The notes: generated by a model from the letters alone, not told the origin. A DNA stretch of 29,901 bases from Octopus sinensis (GCF_006345805.1 NW_021832885.1:1-29901); one strand, 5' to 3'; shown: positions 10,951 through 22,175, counted from the first letter of the stretch. Program-made: numbers and translations.

Positions 10951-13543
10951 CGCACACTAACTGAGTATCCCGTCGTTGTTTGGCAATTTTCAGAACAGAA
11001 TATTTTTATTTCAATTTTATTTATTCTCTGTCTTCTCCGACGGATAGGCCTCTTGATCAGGACAGATTTCTGCATTATTTGGGGCAGTTTATAACGTATC
11101 GATAAACTAAGCTTTTGTTTCTCCATTTTATACATAAATGTAAATATTTCTCTTAGATCGCTGCTGATGTTGTGTGAAGGTCTTTCGACTCTGCCGCCCG
11201 AATGTAATTCCTTATACACATACATACGCGCACACCCACACACAGATACATACTCACACACACACGTGAGCGCCCATACACACATACACACACAAACAAA
11301 CAAACATACACATAAACTCAGCGTGAGTGATATACATATACTGAGAAAAACAGAGAGTGTGTGGAAAAGAGGAATCTTTACTGTTGCAGTCACAGATTTT
11401 GAAATTTGAAAATAAATTTCAAATTTGGTATAGTGATGTACTTTTTCACGCTGAATCTGATTTTGTGACTTATTTATTCCATAAAATATTTTTAATAAAT
11501 GTTACAGAGGTGTAAAGTTTGATCATTTTTACCAGTCAGAAAAAAGGATTTGGAAGCTAGCATGTATATATGTATAATGTAATTTTGGATTCTCTGTACT
11601 TAGTAAAAAGATAAGATGGTCATATCTAGAATGCTTTTGATTACAAGTCTTTTGCTCAATACTTCTGAGTGTGTGCGCACATATACGAGTACAAAGACAC
11701 TCACATGCACAGGCGCACGAACAGGCACAAACACACATTATGTGTATATATATCCCGCGACTCGTCAACAAAGACATCTCTGTGTGTTCATTTGAGCGAC
11801 AAGAAGAAGCAGTAAAATCTCCTTGAAATCCCATACCTATCGTCTTAGAAAAGGGCACGTGTGATTATGTTGTCATGCGTAAAAAGCAATAATAATAACA
11901 ATTGAGGATAATTAGTGGTCAAGAAAGATATTCCTTTCTTCATCAACCCTCTAGCGGCTTATGGGGTTGTCTTGGCATTGTCATAACATACGGGGTACGC
12001 CAAGAGCATTGTAAGCCTCATCAGGTTTGGATTTAGTCAATTTCATCCAGAGATGGGTATAAAGGCCGAATTAAAGCTAATTTTTACTCTAGGCGCATTC
12101 AAATAACGGTGTTCTTTAAAATTCAGTTTTCTTCCAGGCCATCCACCAAGCAAGGACCCACAACTATATTACTACATTTTGTCGGGGAATAGTAATTGAT
12201 AAGGTGACGACAGTCTCTTAGGAATTTATCCGGAATTATAATTACTTAATATATGTTAGTATCATAAAACGGATAATATAACACAGGCCTGGAACTAAGA
12301 GTTTAGGAGATCCTGTTCTGAAAATTGAAAATGTGAGACTTGGAACAACAGTTTAAGTGTTTTGAGTTTTCAATAAAATGATACTTTATTGTGTGTTTAG
12401 TATTCAGTATTTTCTCTTCTCCTTTTATTATGTGTGCTTGCTTAAAATAAATTATGTTAAATGGGAAATGTAAGATCTACATCCTCTCGTTTATTAGCGT
12501 TTACTTAAAAATGTAACCGTTTCTGTTACAACTTTTTTAGCAACAAAATTATATGTGTATTCATAGGTTGGCTAGTAATTGCTTCGTGTAATACATTTCT
12601 TGAACGCTTCTCTGAATTATTCCTTGTCTAAACCAAAAAAGATTAACCTTTATGGCTCCTTAAATCATACCTTATCGTCTTAAATATGCACTGGATAATA
12701 TAAAAAAGCCAAGGAAGTCGTGGCTTAAATGCTTTATATCATGGGCTTGTTGCATCAGAGTTAACTTCAGGCTAAACAAGAATTTTTTGTAGTGATGAAG
12801 AACCCTACGCCGAAACCTTAGCTTTTCTTCTAAGCGCACGAGGACATATTCTAGTTTGTGAAATTTACTGAACTAGTATTATCAACGAAGACTACCACCA
12901 CTAATTAGTCACATATTAGAAATAACTTCCAGTTTTAGTCACTGGGTACATATTCTGAATGCTGAACAAGAAATGGTTAAAAGATTTCTCTTCTCGGCTG
13001 TTTTCAGCTGAGCCAATCAGCAACAGAATTCAAACTACGATACGGGAATGATGATGATGAAACAGCGAGAGTCAAAAGGTCATCTCGTAAGCAAGCGAAT
13101 TTTCTTTTCACCACAGATATTTGTTCCAAAAGTTATTGTAAATTCCTCTTTATTTAATATAAATTTACCTTACACGCATCGGTTATGTCGTACGCTGCTT
13201 GCATGTGTTCTCAAGATTTTAAAACTCAGGCAGCATTGCGTGTCAAATATATTACTTTAGTATACTTCTGTTGGAAATAATCAAAGTGATGACACATAAA
13301 GTGATTGAAACACTTCAAAGGAAAATAATATGAAAATATCTAATAAGCAACTCACGGATTAGTAAAAAGATCTAAAAGACAAAGCAAACAAACATCTATT
13401 TGTGTCTATGAATAGGAAAGAAAAATTAGAAATCCTTCTTTGCGATTTATAATTTCTGGGAATTGTATTCTTTAGAATTTGTATTAATAGAAATTCGAAA
13501 TAAAACGGAAAAGACCATAGAATACAGAAAAGGAAACTAAAAG

Positions 13544-13580
13544 TGGCCGCAGTCAAATGACTGAAACAAATAAAAGAATA
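13544..13580 (+). mobile_element. Family A SINE, extreme 3' fragment
   Basis: TGGCCGCAGTCAAATGACTGAAACAAATAAAAGAATA is near-identical to the family A tail. Confidence 0.8.
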
Positions 13581-13628
13581 TATATATAGTTGAAAAATGA
13601 TTAGAGAACTATACAAATCAAATTTTTA

Positions 13629-14050
13629 TATATAAAAGATGAATGTGGAACTAGCACAGAAGAAAATCTAAGACATTTCAATTTTAGAGGGATTTTTCAT
13701 AAAAATGATTTTAAAAATTATATAAAGAAAATATAACTGGCTTCGATGAATCTCATCTTATCAAATATCAGTAAAAATTAATAAAAGTTTGAAATAAAAG
13801 CAGTTTATCTTCAGTCTGAGACTCAAGAACATGTCTTGACTCCCAGACATGTTCTTGACTCTCAGACTGAAGATAAACTGTTTTTATTTCAAATTTTTAT
13901 AAATTTTTACTGATATTTGATAAGATGAGATTCATCGGAACCGGAAATTTTTCTTTATACAATTTTTTAAATCATTTTTATCAAATTCCCTCTAAAATTG
14001 AAATGTCTTAAACTTACTTCTGTGCTATTTCCACCTCCATCATTTATATA
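13629..14050. repeat. About 420-bp near-perfect palindrome (foldback structure)
   Basis: Arms 13629-13836 and 13845-14050 are reverse complements around an 8-nt loop TGACTCCC; the inner arms are near-perfect with scattered mismatches outward; TATATA at both ends. Confidence 0.95.
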
Positions 14051-14052
14051 TC

Positions 14053-14085
<33 letters not shown>

Positions 14086-15583
14086 TATATATGCATATTA
14101 CACATTGTATTTAAGAAATCGTAAGAAAAAATATATTTAAAACAATGATGACATCCAGCTGTTTCTAAAATGAGCTACTTCCCTTCAGAGACCATATGCC
14201 ATAGAGGCACTGGAGTTCAGTTAGATATGATAAGTATTCTCAACGTAGTGACATCAGTAGCAGTAGATTTTTGAATAGTAAATTATACCAAAATTTTGCA
14301 ATCCTAAACGGTAATGCATTTTGAATTACATTCGGATATATGCATACATATTTATATACATACGCACACACGCACACACACACATACACACATACAACAC
14401 AAGCACATGCATATACATACACACATATACATATATATTTATGTATTATTGTATGTATGTACAGTAAATCCACTTCTGTCATATATTACTAGGCAATACA
14501 AACCTACAAAATTTCGTACTAATGACAAACATTGGAAGGCAACTAAATCTTTTTTTCCTTTTCTTACTCTTTTTTCCAAACAGGGTTCAATTATTTTCCG
14601 ACAAGAAAAGGTTGATTGATATTTGCAACGGCAGGAATTTAAACGAGCAATGAAATAAATTTATATTATGGATGTTAACAAGACTATATTTTGCACAGTA
14701 AGTCAATATTTATAGATTTATATTTTTCTGTCTCAATTCGTCCGTCTATCTGAATGGCTGTCTCGTGGATGTGCGCGTACTTGCGTGCATGCGTGTGTGT
14801 ACGAATGAACATGTAATGAGAATTTTTATTTGTCCTTAGATCTGAACACAGGTAATTTACTCTCATATATTTCGGGTGATCCAGTTTCTTTCACGGCCTT
14901 ATGCTAGAGTAAAAAAAGGGGCAACGTTATATTAAAATCTAATATACAGAGAAACTTCTCTGCTAGGTTTCACACTCTCACGAATCTGCTAATCAGATCA
15001 TCGTCGTAATGTCATACACAACGCACACACACGCACACACACACACATACATACTTGCACACAAACACATAAACAATGCATGCAGCAAAGTAGTGTAAGG
15101 CTGAAAGGCATAAGCATAAGCAGTGGTTTTGCTATTTAGAAGTACAATTCGGAAGAACTTAATGATAGCTAATAAGTATAACTGATCGCTGCTTATGTCA
15201 AACTCAAACAGAATCAAACCTATTATTTCTTTTGAGAGACATGCAGATACGAGAGCAGCTTGAATATTATTGTATAAAATGTTGCTGGAAGTTCTCTCGG
15301 ATAATTCTTGATATATGCTTTTCTGACGTCTTTCACCTTTCTTTCTCCCCCACTCCCTCTTCCACTCCTGTTTGTATCTCTCCCTTTCTCTTTATGTGTA
15401 CATCACTGGATCACGCACATAAAATATACAGCTATATTGGCACACACGCGCATACACACACATATATATATGCATGCATAAATTGCATTTATGGATGGCG
15501 GTGTGCGCGTGCTTCTATGTCTGGGCATAAATTTGTGTAAGTATATATATATACATGCATACATACATATATATATATGTATG

Positions 15584-15644
<61 letters not shown>

Positions 15645-15647
<3 letters not shown>

Positions 15648-15858
15648 TCTTTTCTACTCAAGGTACAAGGCCCGAAATTTTGGGGGAGGGGACCAGTCGA
15701 TTAGATCGACCCCAGTACGCAACTGATACTTAATTTATCGATCTTGAAGGGATGAAAGGCAAAATTAACCTCGGCGGAATTTGAACTCAGAACTTACAGA
15801 CGAAATACCGCTAAGCATCTCGCCTGGCGTGCTAACGTTTCTGCCAGCTCGCCACCTT
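15645..15858 (-). mobile_element. Family B tRNA-derived SINE, full-length
   Basis: - strand head AAGGTGGCGAGCTGGCAGAAACGTTAGCACGCC, box-B-like GAGTTCAAATTCC, central GCCTTTCATCCC..., tail GTAGAAAAGAATT abutting (TA)n. Confidence 0.9.
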
Positions 15859-15960
15859 GTATATACATATAGGATAATAAAAAGAATGGTGCACATCTGG
15901 TAGCTTACTGTTAAAAAGTGTTACTTTCACAGTGATCGTTATGTTTATTCTATCTTCCGC

Positions 15961-16356
15961 TTTTACTCTTTTATTTGTTCCAGTCATTTGACTGCGGCCA
16001 TGCTGGAGCACCGCCTTTAGTCGAACAAATCGCCCCCAGGACTCATTCTTTGAAAGCCTAGTACTTATTCCATCGAGTCTTTTGCCAAACCGCTAGGTTA
16101 CGGGGCCGTAAAATACCAGCATCGGTCGTCAAGTGATAGTGAGGGGACAAACACAGACACAAAGGCATATCACACACGCGAGTATATATATATATATATA
16201 ATATATATATATATATATAATAATATATATATATATATATAAATATTGATCGGCCGGGGCTGTGTAGTAGAAGACATTTGCCCAGGTGCCACACAATGAG
16301 ACTGAATCCAGAAACATGTGGCTGGAAAGCAAACTTCTTACCATACACCACTCCTG
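15961..16356 (-). mobile_element. Family A SINE with expanded internal (TA)n and a partial internal deletion
   Basis: Tail 15961-16165 and head 16247-16356 match the 9675-10061 copy. Confidence 0.88.
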
Positions 16357-16358
16357 GG

Positions 16359-16360
16359 AT

Positions 16361-16446
<86 letters not shown>

Positions 16447-16454
16447 TATAGGTG

Positions 16455-16526
<72 letters not shown>

Positions 16527-16540
16527 TATATATATAGGTG

Positions 16541-16581
<41 letters not shown>

Positions 16582-16586
16582 GTAGG

Positions 16587-16620
<34 letters not shown>

Positions 16621-16628
16621 TATAGATG

Positions 16629-16724
<96 letters not shown>
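16359..16724. repeat. Long (AGAT)n array
   Basis: Directly visible, ~365 bp. Confidence 0.97.
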
Positions 16725-16725
<1 letters not shown>

Positions 16726-16799
16726 ATTAGAGACAAACATTGTCCGTATAGAATATACTTCATAGTGCTCAAAAGATTTAAACTTGAGCGGGTAGAGGA

Positions 16800-17040
16800 G
16801 TATATGTAAAAACAAGCAAGTTAGGCATGTCGATACATTCCATCTTTAAACGCCATTCTGTCAACACCTCAAATGTAAAATTCTTCCCTGAAGACAGAGG
16901 CTGGTATTATCGGATGATGGAATCAATTTACAATCATTATTTTGGACCACCAAGGCCCCAGAAACAACTGGTAGACTCATAAAACTCTATTCAACACCTT
17001 TAATTCCTGATATCATTTCTATTCTGTGTAAGTCGGACCT
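16800..17040 (+). pseudogene. Remnant of a Penelope-like element GIY-YIG endonuclease C-terminus
   Basis: 16827-16982 encodes [37 protein letters not shown]..., resembling the PLE motif HS....NV.IL..E..W..R...EAIY; a shifted frame continues ETTGRLIKLYSTPLI. Recognised by eye. Confidence 0.55.
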
Positions 17041-17116
17041 TTTTATATGTAAACATATGTACATTTTTTTAACTAAACTGTATTTGATGTTTGTATATCG
17101 ACTTGTCCTTTTATAT

Positions 17117-17161
<45 letters not shown>

Positions 17162-17175
17162 TATATATTATATAA

Positions 17176-17213
<38 letters not shown>

Positions 17214-17233
17214 GTATGTATATATTATATATA

Positions 17234-17264
<31 letters not shown>

Positions 17265-17412
17265 ATATATATAAATTAAAATTATGGGTATCTAAGAGAT
17301 ACCTCCATGCTAGATATAGCAGCCAAAACTTGACTCTAAAACCACATTAAATGTTCATGCAGCACCAGGAGAGACGACAAGAGACAAAATTAACTAGCCA
17401 AAAAATTACTGG

Positions 17413-17475
17413 ATAATCCAGATCCCGGATTTCTGGCTCAGCATAAGAAATGCTTTACCTTCATCAGTGGACTAT
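17413..17475 (-). ncRNA. Type I hammerhead ribozyme-like motif
   Basis: - strand reads ATAGTCCA CTGATGA AGGTAAAGCATTTCTTATGCTGAGCCA GAAA TCCGGGATC TGGATTAT: intact CUGAUGA and GAAA boxes, 8-bp stem I, stem II hairpin, and an AUC cleavage triplet. Confidence 0.6.
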
Positions 17476-18009
17476 ACGGAGATAGCACATAAATACAAAT
17501 ATATATATATATATAACATACGAATACTTATACGACCGTATACATACATATATATATGCAAGTATGAAATCGACCAGTTTAAAATGCCCGCCTCAAACTC
17601 CTCGTGCAATATGGTCAAAATACCACCGCAGTGAATATAATGACGAAATAAATATATAAATTTATATAAATAAGGATAAGATCCTTATTTAAAATACCGA
17701 TCTTATCAGGTGGCCAGCATGGGAATAAAACCTCGAAGGTAATAATTATTATTAAAATTATAATTAAGGGCGTATATTATATATATATATATATATTATA
17801 ATATATATTATATATAGATAAAAATATATATAAAATATATATATGCATGTATATATGTTTGTATGTATGCATGTATGTATGCATATAGATGTATATATGT
17901 ATGTATGTATATATATATACATATATATGTGTGTGTATGTGTGTGTGTTGGTGATTATGATGATAATGATGATGATGATGATAGTGGTGGTGGTGGTGGT
18001 TATAGTCTC

Positions 18010-18260
18010 TTGTAGTCCGAGAAAGATGGGTTTGCGATTTCTTGCTGAACAACCTGGACAAATGACTTATTTATAGTAATGAAATGCCTGTGCTATACAT
18101 TAACTCTCATTCCCTCTATCAAATCAACGTTGCCTGAACAGGCGTACCACACGCAAAGTGCCAAAGTGATTCGCTCAAGAACTGAATGCACCACCTGGTC
18201 CAAGAATTGAAGCCAGGATGTCTTGAGCGCAACACACACCCTAACCATTTAGCCATGATC
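18010..18260 (-). mobile_element. Diverged tRNA-derived SINE of a third family
   Basis: Reverse-oriented tRNA-like head (CCAAGAATTGAAGCCAGG...CACCCTAACCATTTAGCCA at 18200-18257) with GCTCAAGAACTGAATGCA core-like sequence. Confidence 0.5.
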
Positions 18261-18542
18261 TTTCATATATATATATAGAATATATATGCATATATATGCA
18301 TATGCACATATATATATTTATTTAATTTTTTTTATAAAGCCAAATCAATGCGAGTTATAAGAAATGTAGAGACAATACAAATCAATGGCTTCAACATTTT
18401 GTAATTCAATATTTCGGTGTTAGGACACTTTCTTTAAAAAGTTTTCGCTGATATGGTGTTGAGATTTGACTTCTTTGTTGTGTAGTCTATAAGAAGCGGT
18501 CATGTCGATATATTGAAATATAAGGTAGAAGTACAAACCATT

Positions 18543-18765
18543 AAGGCAGAATCGTTAGCACGCCGGGCGAAATGCTTAGGGGTATTTCGTCTGCCACTAC
18601 GTTCTGAGTTCAAATTCCGCCGAGGTCGACTTTGCCTTTCATCATTTCGGGGTCGATTAAATAAGTACCAGTTGCGCACTGGAGTCGATGTAATCGACTT
18701 AATCCCTTTGTCTGTCCTTGTTTGTCCCCTCTGTGTTTAGCCCCTTGTGGGTAGTAAAGAAATGA
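18543..18765 (+). mobile_element. Family B SINE with perfect 18-bp target-site duplication
   Basis: GTAGAAGTACAAACCATT at 18525-18542 and 18766-18783; box-B-like GAGTTCAAATTCC at 18606-18618. Confidence 0.95.
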
Positions 18766-19191
18766 GTAGAAGTACAAACCATTGACTTGTATTATTTCAT
18801 CTAATCTGCATTCTTTTGGATTTATAAAACAACATTTCAACTATTGTCTATATCAAACGATGCTTCGTGCACCCTCTCTGTACATACATACATACATACA
18901 TATACTATATTATATTTTTCTATGCATGTATATGTATGCATGTATACATATATATGTGTGTGTGTATGTATGTATGTATGTACATAGTGTCCCTTAGCAG
19001 ACAGTTAACACAAGTGAGATAATTAGTTCCTTATATTTGGCGGGATTTGAAATTAAAGAATAAGTGATTAGATGCATAGAATATACACATTTATTTATGC
19101 TTACTTATTAGAAGTTTTTACATGTTCTAGTCATTGATGAACCTGTTTAGCACCATTTCATTCTTTTTAGAAATCATCAGCATGGCATAAC

Positions 19192-19229
19192 CTGCGGTGT
19201 ATAAAACATTTCCTGAAGGGAGACATTTC
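19192..19229 (-). CDS. Candidate 38-nt internal exon, unknown product
   Basis: Strong acceptor CATTTTCTTTCTACAG and moderate donor CAG|GTTATG; all three frames are open (e.g. GNVSLQEMFYTPQ or EMSPFRKCFIHR). Confidence 0.3.
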
Positions 19230-19949
19230 CTGTAGAAAGAAAATGATTTGTCTCGAAGAAATTTATGGAATACCTGTTTTTTCATTTTGTTTTATATTTT
19301 TCATTGAGCGTTAGTAGTTTAGCAATCGAGGATATATATTATACTTTCGAATTTTAATTCAATATGAGAGACAATACAACGATATGATCCCAGACGATCT
19401 GATTAACCCTTCCCACCAAAGCTTTGATTGAAATATATTCCATGTTATCATCAATCGGCTACAGACCAGAATCACATCCCACTGCATTCCATATTAAATC
19501 GGTTCCTCTACCTTTTTATTTTAACAGAATTTAAAATTTCGGTAATGATTACTCTCATCATCATATATCTATTTTGATTGCATCAATTATATTAGCACCC
19601 ACTTTACTATTAAAGTGGATACTAGCATGCTTGATGTAGCAGATACCCGGGTGATTTTTGCAGGAAAAACAAATTCCATGTAAAAGCAATATAATTTTTG
19701 TTAAGCAAGAAAAAGGTCAGTTGTTAAAGATATACAGTATGCATACATATAAACATTTGAATGGGAATATATTTGAATGGAAATAAATAAGAATATAATA
19801 ATATCGTAGTGCGGTACGTATTCACCACAATACTGATTGTTGTTTGATAGGTTGTGGTGCAACATGAACAACTAAAAGGAAGTAAAGGAACTATCCTCTG
19901 TCCCGTAAATCGCCATCAGTCTTAGTTGAGAGGATGAGGAATATATCCA

Positions 19950-21130
19950 GTTATTTGAGACTTACGGCGAACTAAATTTTTGTGCCGCTTAGTGTAGGAA
20001 CTGAGCTCAGTTTAAAGTCCTGTAAATTCTTTTATAATCGCAGTTTGTAAAGACTAACGGTTATCCTTCTATAAGTGCCAGCAACTATACGTTTTTTGAA
20101 AGCAACTGAAGTGAAAGAGGTGTAATATTTACATTCTCTTCTTTCCCCACTCGCTCTTATTTTACCAACATCAGATCCTCTTTAGACGAACATTCTCTAT
20201 GGAACTCTAACAACTCAACCACACAATTTTATACAATATTTACTGGTATCAGACTGTCTTTTTAGACATCCTCTGCTCTTGGATAATTATGATTATACAG
20301 TCTGGTTTTACCATTCACCATTCATAGTTGAGGGTTTTATTGCTACCAGTGCCTCTGTCGTTATCTACTGCATCCACAGAGTTGAATTTTTTCTAGATAT
20401 TTCTTACTGCACACTTATCCTCACCATCAATTGCTTTTATGAACAGTATCAGTTTTTCTCTGATAATATACCTTGAAGTTAGCCATCACACTTTGAAAGA
20501 TTACCGAGAACGCTGTTTTTAGGGATATATTCCAGTCTCACATCAAACATATTCAAATTTAATGGATGTCTAAACGCATTGTCTAAAAGGAACAATGCTT
20601 CGTTAGAAATATGCTTGGAACTATATCTTTATAAATCAGCCTTGGAAAAGTTTCATAGTCCTCGAACCATTTTTATTTAAACACCACTGCTCAGGGAGAT
20701 TAAACTTAGCACAGACCTTCAAAGTCCTTAGATTCTGAAAGTGATATACAAGTAAAGGTTTTAATTTAATATCACCAACCGCATATCTATCATAAGAAGC
20801 GTTAGCCGAATTTTGGAAGCTTCAAAGGCTGGAGTTTATTGTTCTTCACTAGAAATAAAAGTCCTAACAGGTGATTCTAGAAAAGCCCTGTTTCAGCAAC
20901 ATTTTACATTTGTTGTTGTGTAGCCACCTTCATCAATAATTTTATTCAGCTTCTCAGAATAATTACTTGCCACTTCTGTATCTGTACCGACAAAACATTT
21001 ATCGCTATTGCCACATATTTTTGTATCATACACGTTGCAATATGGCAAAGTTTTTCTAGCGTATCAAACTTTTAGAGAAGACCGAAGTTTAACGTCCAAC
21101 GTAAAGGGATTAAGTTGGACGTTAAGCTTT
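19950..21130 (-). mobile_element. Decayed Tigger/pogo-family DNA transposon with transposase remnants
   Basis: - strand peptides IIDEGGYTT, NVAETGLF*, ASKIRLTLL, GDIKLKPLLVYH (20741-20776) and QSVMANFKVYYQRKT match Tigger1/TIGD1-type DDE transposases, with many stops and frameshifts. The ends are approximate. Confidence 0.85.
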
Positions 21131-21456
21131 TTTACATTATACTTTCATTTCTATTTGATGGCTCTTTCCAGGCATCTTAAATAAGGATAATATATGTTAG
21201 TAGTTAAATCCAATAGTAGCGGTGGTAGACAAGAAAATAGAAGAATAGGAAAAATAATAAAATTCAAGGGAAATTAGTGATGTACTGTGTCGGGAAAAGT
21301 AGCAAGCTTATTCGGGCGCAAAATATAAATGAAAATATGAAAGATAGGCAGACGTCAATGGGAAAATGTAGTGGTTGATAAAAATTTATAGCAAGATCCG
21401 TGTCAGCTATATTGGCACGCACGCACGCACACACACACACACACACACACAACACA

Positions 21457-21501
<45 letters not shown>

Positions 21502-21700
21502 GTGCACAGAGAAAAGAGGTGCCGAAGAGGAAGCGGATAAATGGCGGCAATTATGTTGAGATCAATGAAAAATATGGTCAGTTGAATTTAGTGTACACAT
21601 GAACAGAAGAGGGAACACATGGTTGATGGAAAGATTGGAAAAGTAAATATGGAAATTTAATTTTTTTAAACTGTTAAAACTGTTATATATATATATATAT

Positions 21701-21963
21701 AGGCGTAGGAGTGAATGTGTGGTAAGTAGCTTGCTTACGAACCACATGGTTCCGGGTTCAGTCCCACTGCGTGGCACCTTGGGTAAGTGTCTTCTACTAT
21801 AGCCTCGGGCCGATCAAGGCCTTGTGAGTAACTTAGTTCGGCAAAAGAGACCGATAGAATAAGTACTAGGCTTACAAAGAATATTTTCTTGGGGTCGAGT
21901 TGCTCGACTAAAGGCGGTGCTCCGGCATGGTCACAGTCACATGACTGAAACAAGTAAGGGAGT
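21701..21963 (+). mobile_element. Family A SINE with a clean internal deletion
   Basis: Intact head (GGTTCAGTCCC at 21755-21765) joined directly to the tail at CCTTGTGAGT|AACTTAGTTCGGC; the middle segment present in the 9675-10061 copy is absent. Confidence 0.92.
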
Positions 21964-21975
21964 ATATATATATAT

Positions 21976-22175
21976 TCTTTTACTTGTTTCAATCATTTTA
22001 CTGCGGCCATGCTGGACCACCGCCTTTAGTCGAGCAAATCGACCTCAGGACTTATTCTTTGTAAGACTCATACTTATTCTATCGGTCTCTTTTGCCGAAC
22101 CGCTAGTTACGAGGACGTAAACGCATCAGCATCTGTTGTCAAGCGATGTTGAGGGTGACAAAGACACAAACATAT
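21976..22175 (-). mobile_element. Family A SINE 3' half, tail-to-tail with the preceding copy
   Basis: TTTTACTTGTTTCAATCATTTTACTGCGGCCATGCTGG...GCCGAACCGCTAGTTACGAGGACGTAAAC is the reverse complement of the family A tail. Confidence 0.92.

Noticed and set aside
10955-11000. CTAACTGAGTATCCCGTCGTT, reminiscent of a Helitron/Helentron-type terminus
   Set aside because: Similarity is from memory only; no matching other end or hairpin was identified.
10722-11393. 223-aa minus-strand ORF
   Set aside because: Both ends are microsatellite and the unique middle has no recognisable motif or splice signals.
12017-12024. CTGATGAG on the minus strand
   Set aside because: No GAAA box follows a stem II, so it is not a hammerhead.
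12247-12317. Strong minus-strand acceptor CATTTTCAATTTTCAG followed by TGSPKLLVPG
   Set aside because: No convincing donor or homology, and it cannot be distinguished from a pseudo-exon.
12792-12817. GTGATGAAG...GCCGAAAC hammerhead-like spacing
   Set aside because: The core box is mutated, and neither stem II nor stem I pairs.
19135-19190. CTGATGA-TTTCTAAAAAGAAT-GAAA on the minus strand
   Set aside because: Stem II is plausible, but stems I and III are only ~3 bp with mismatches; likely chance.
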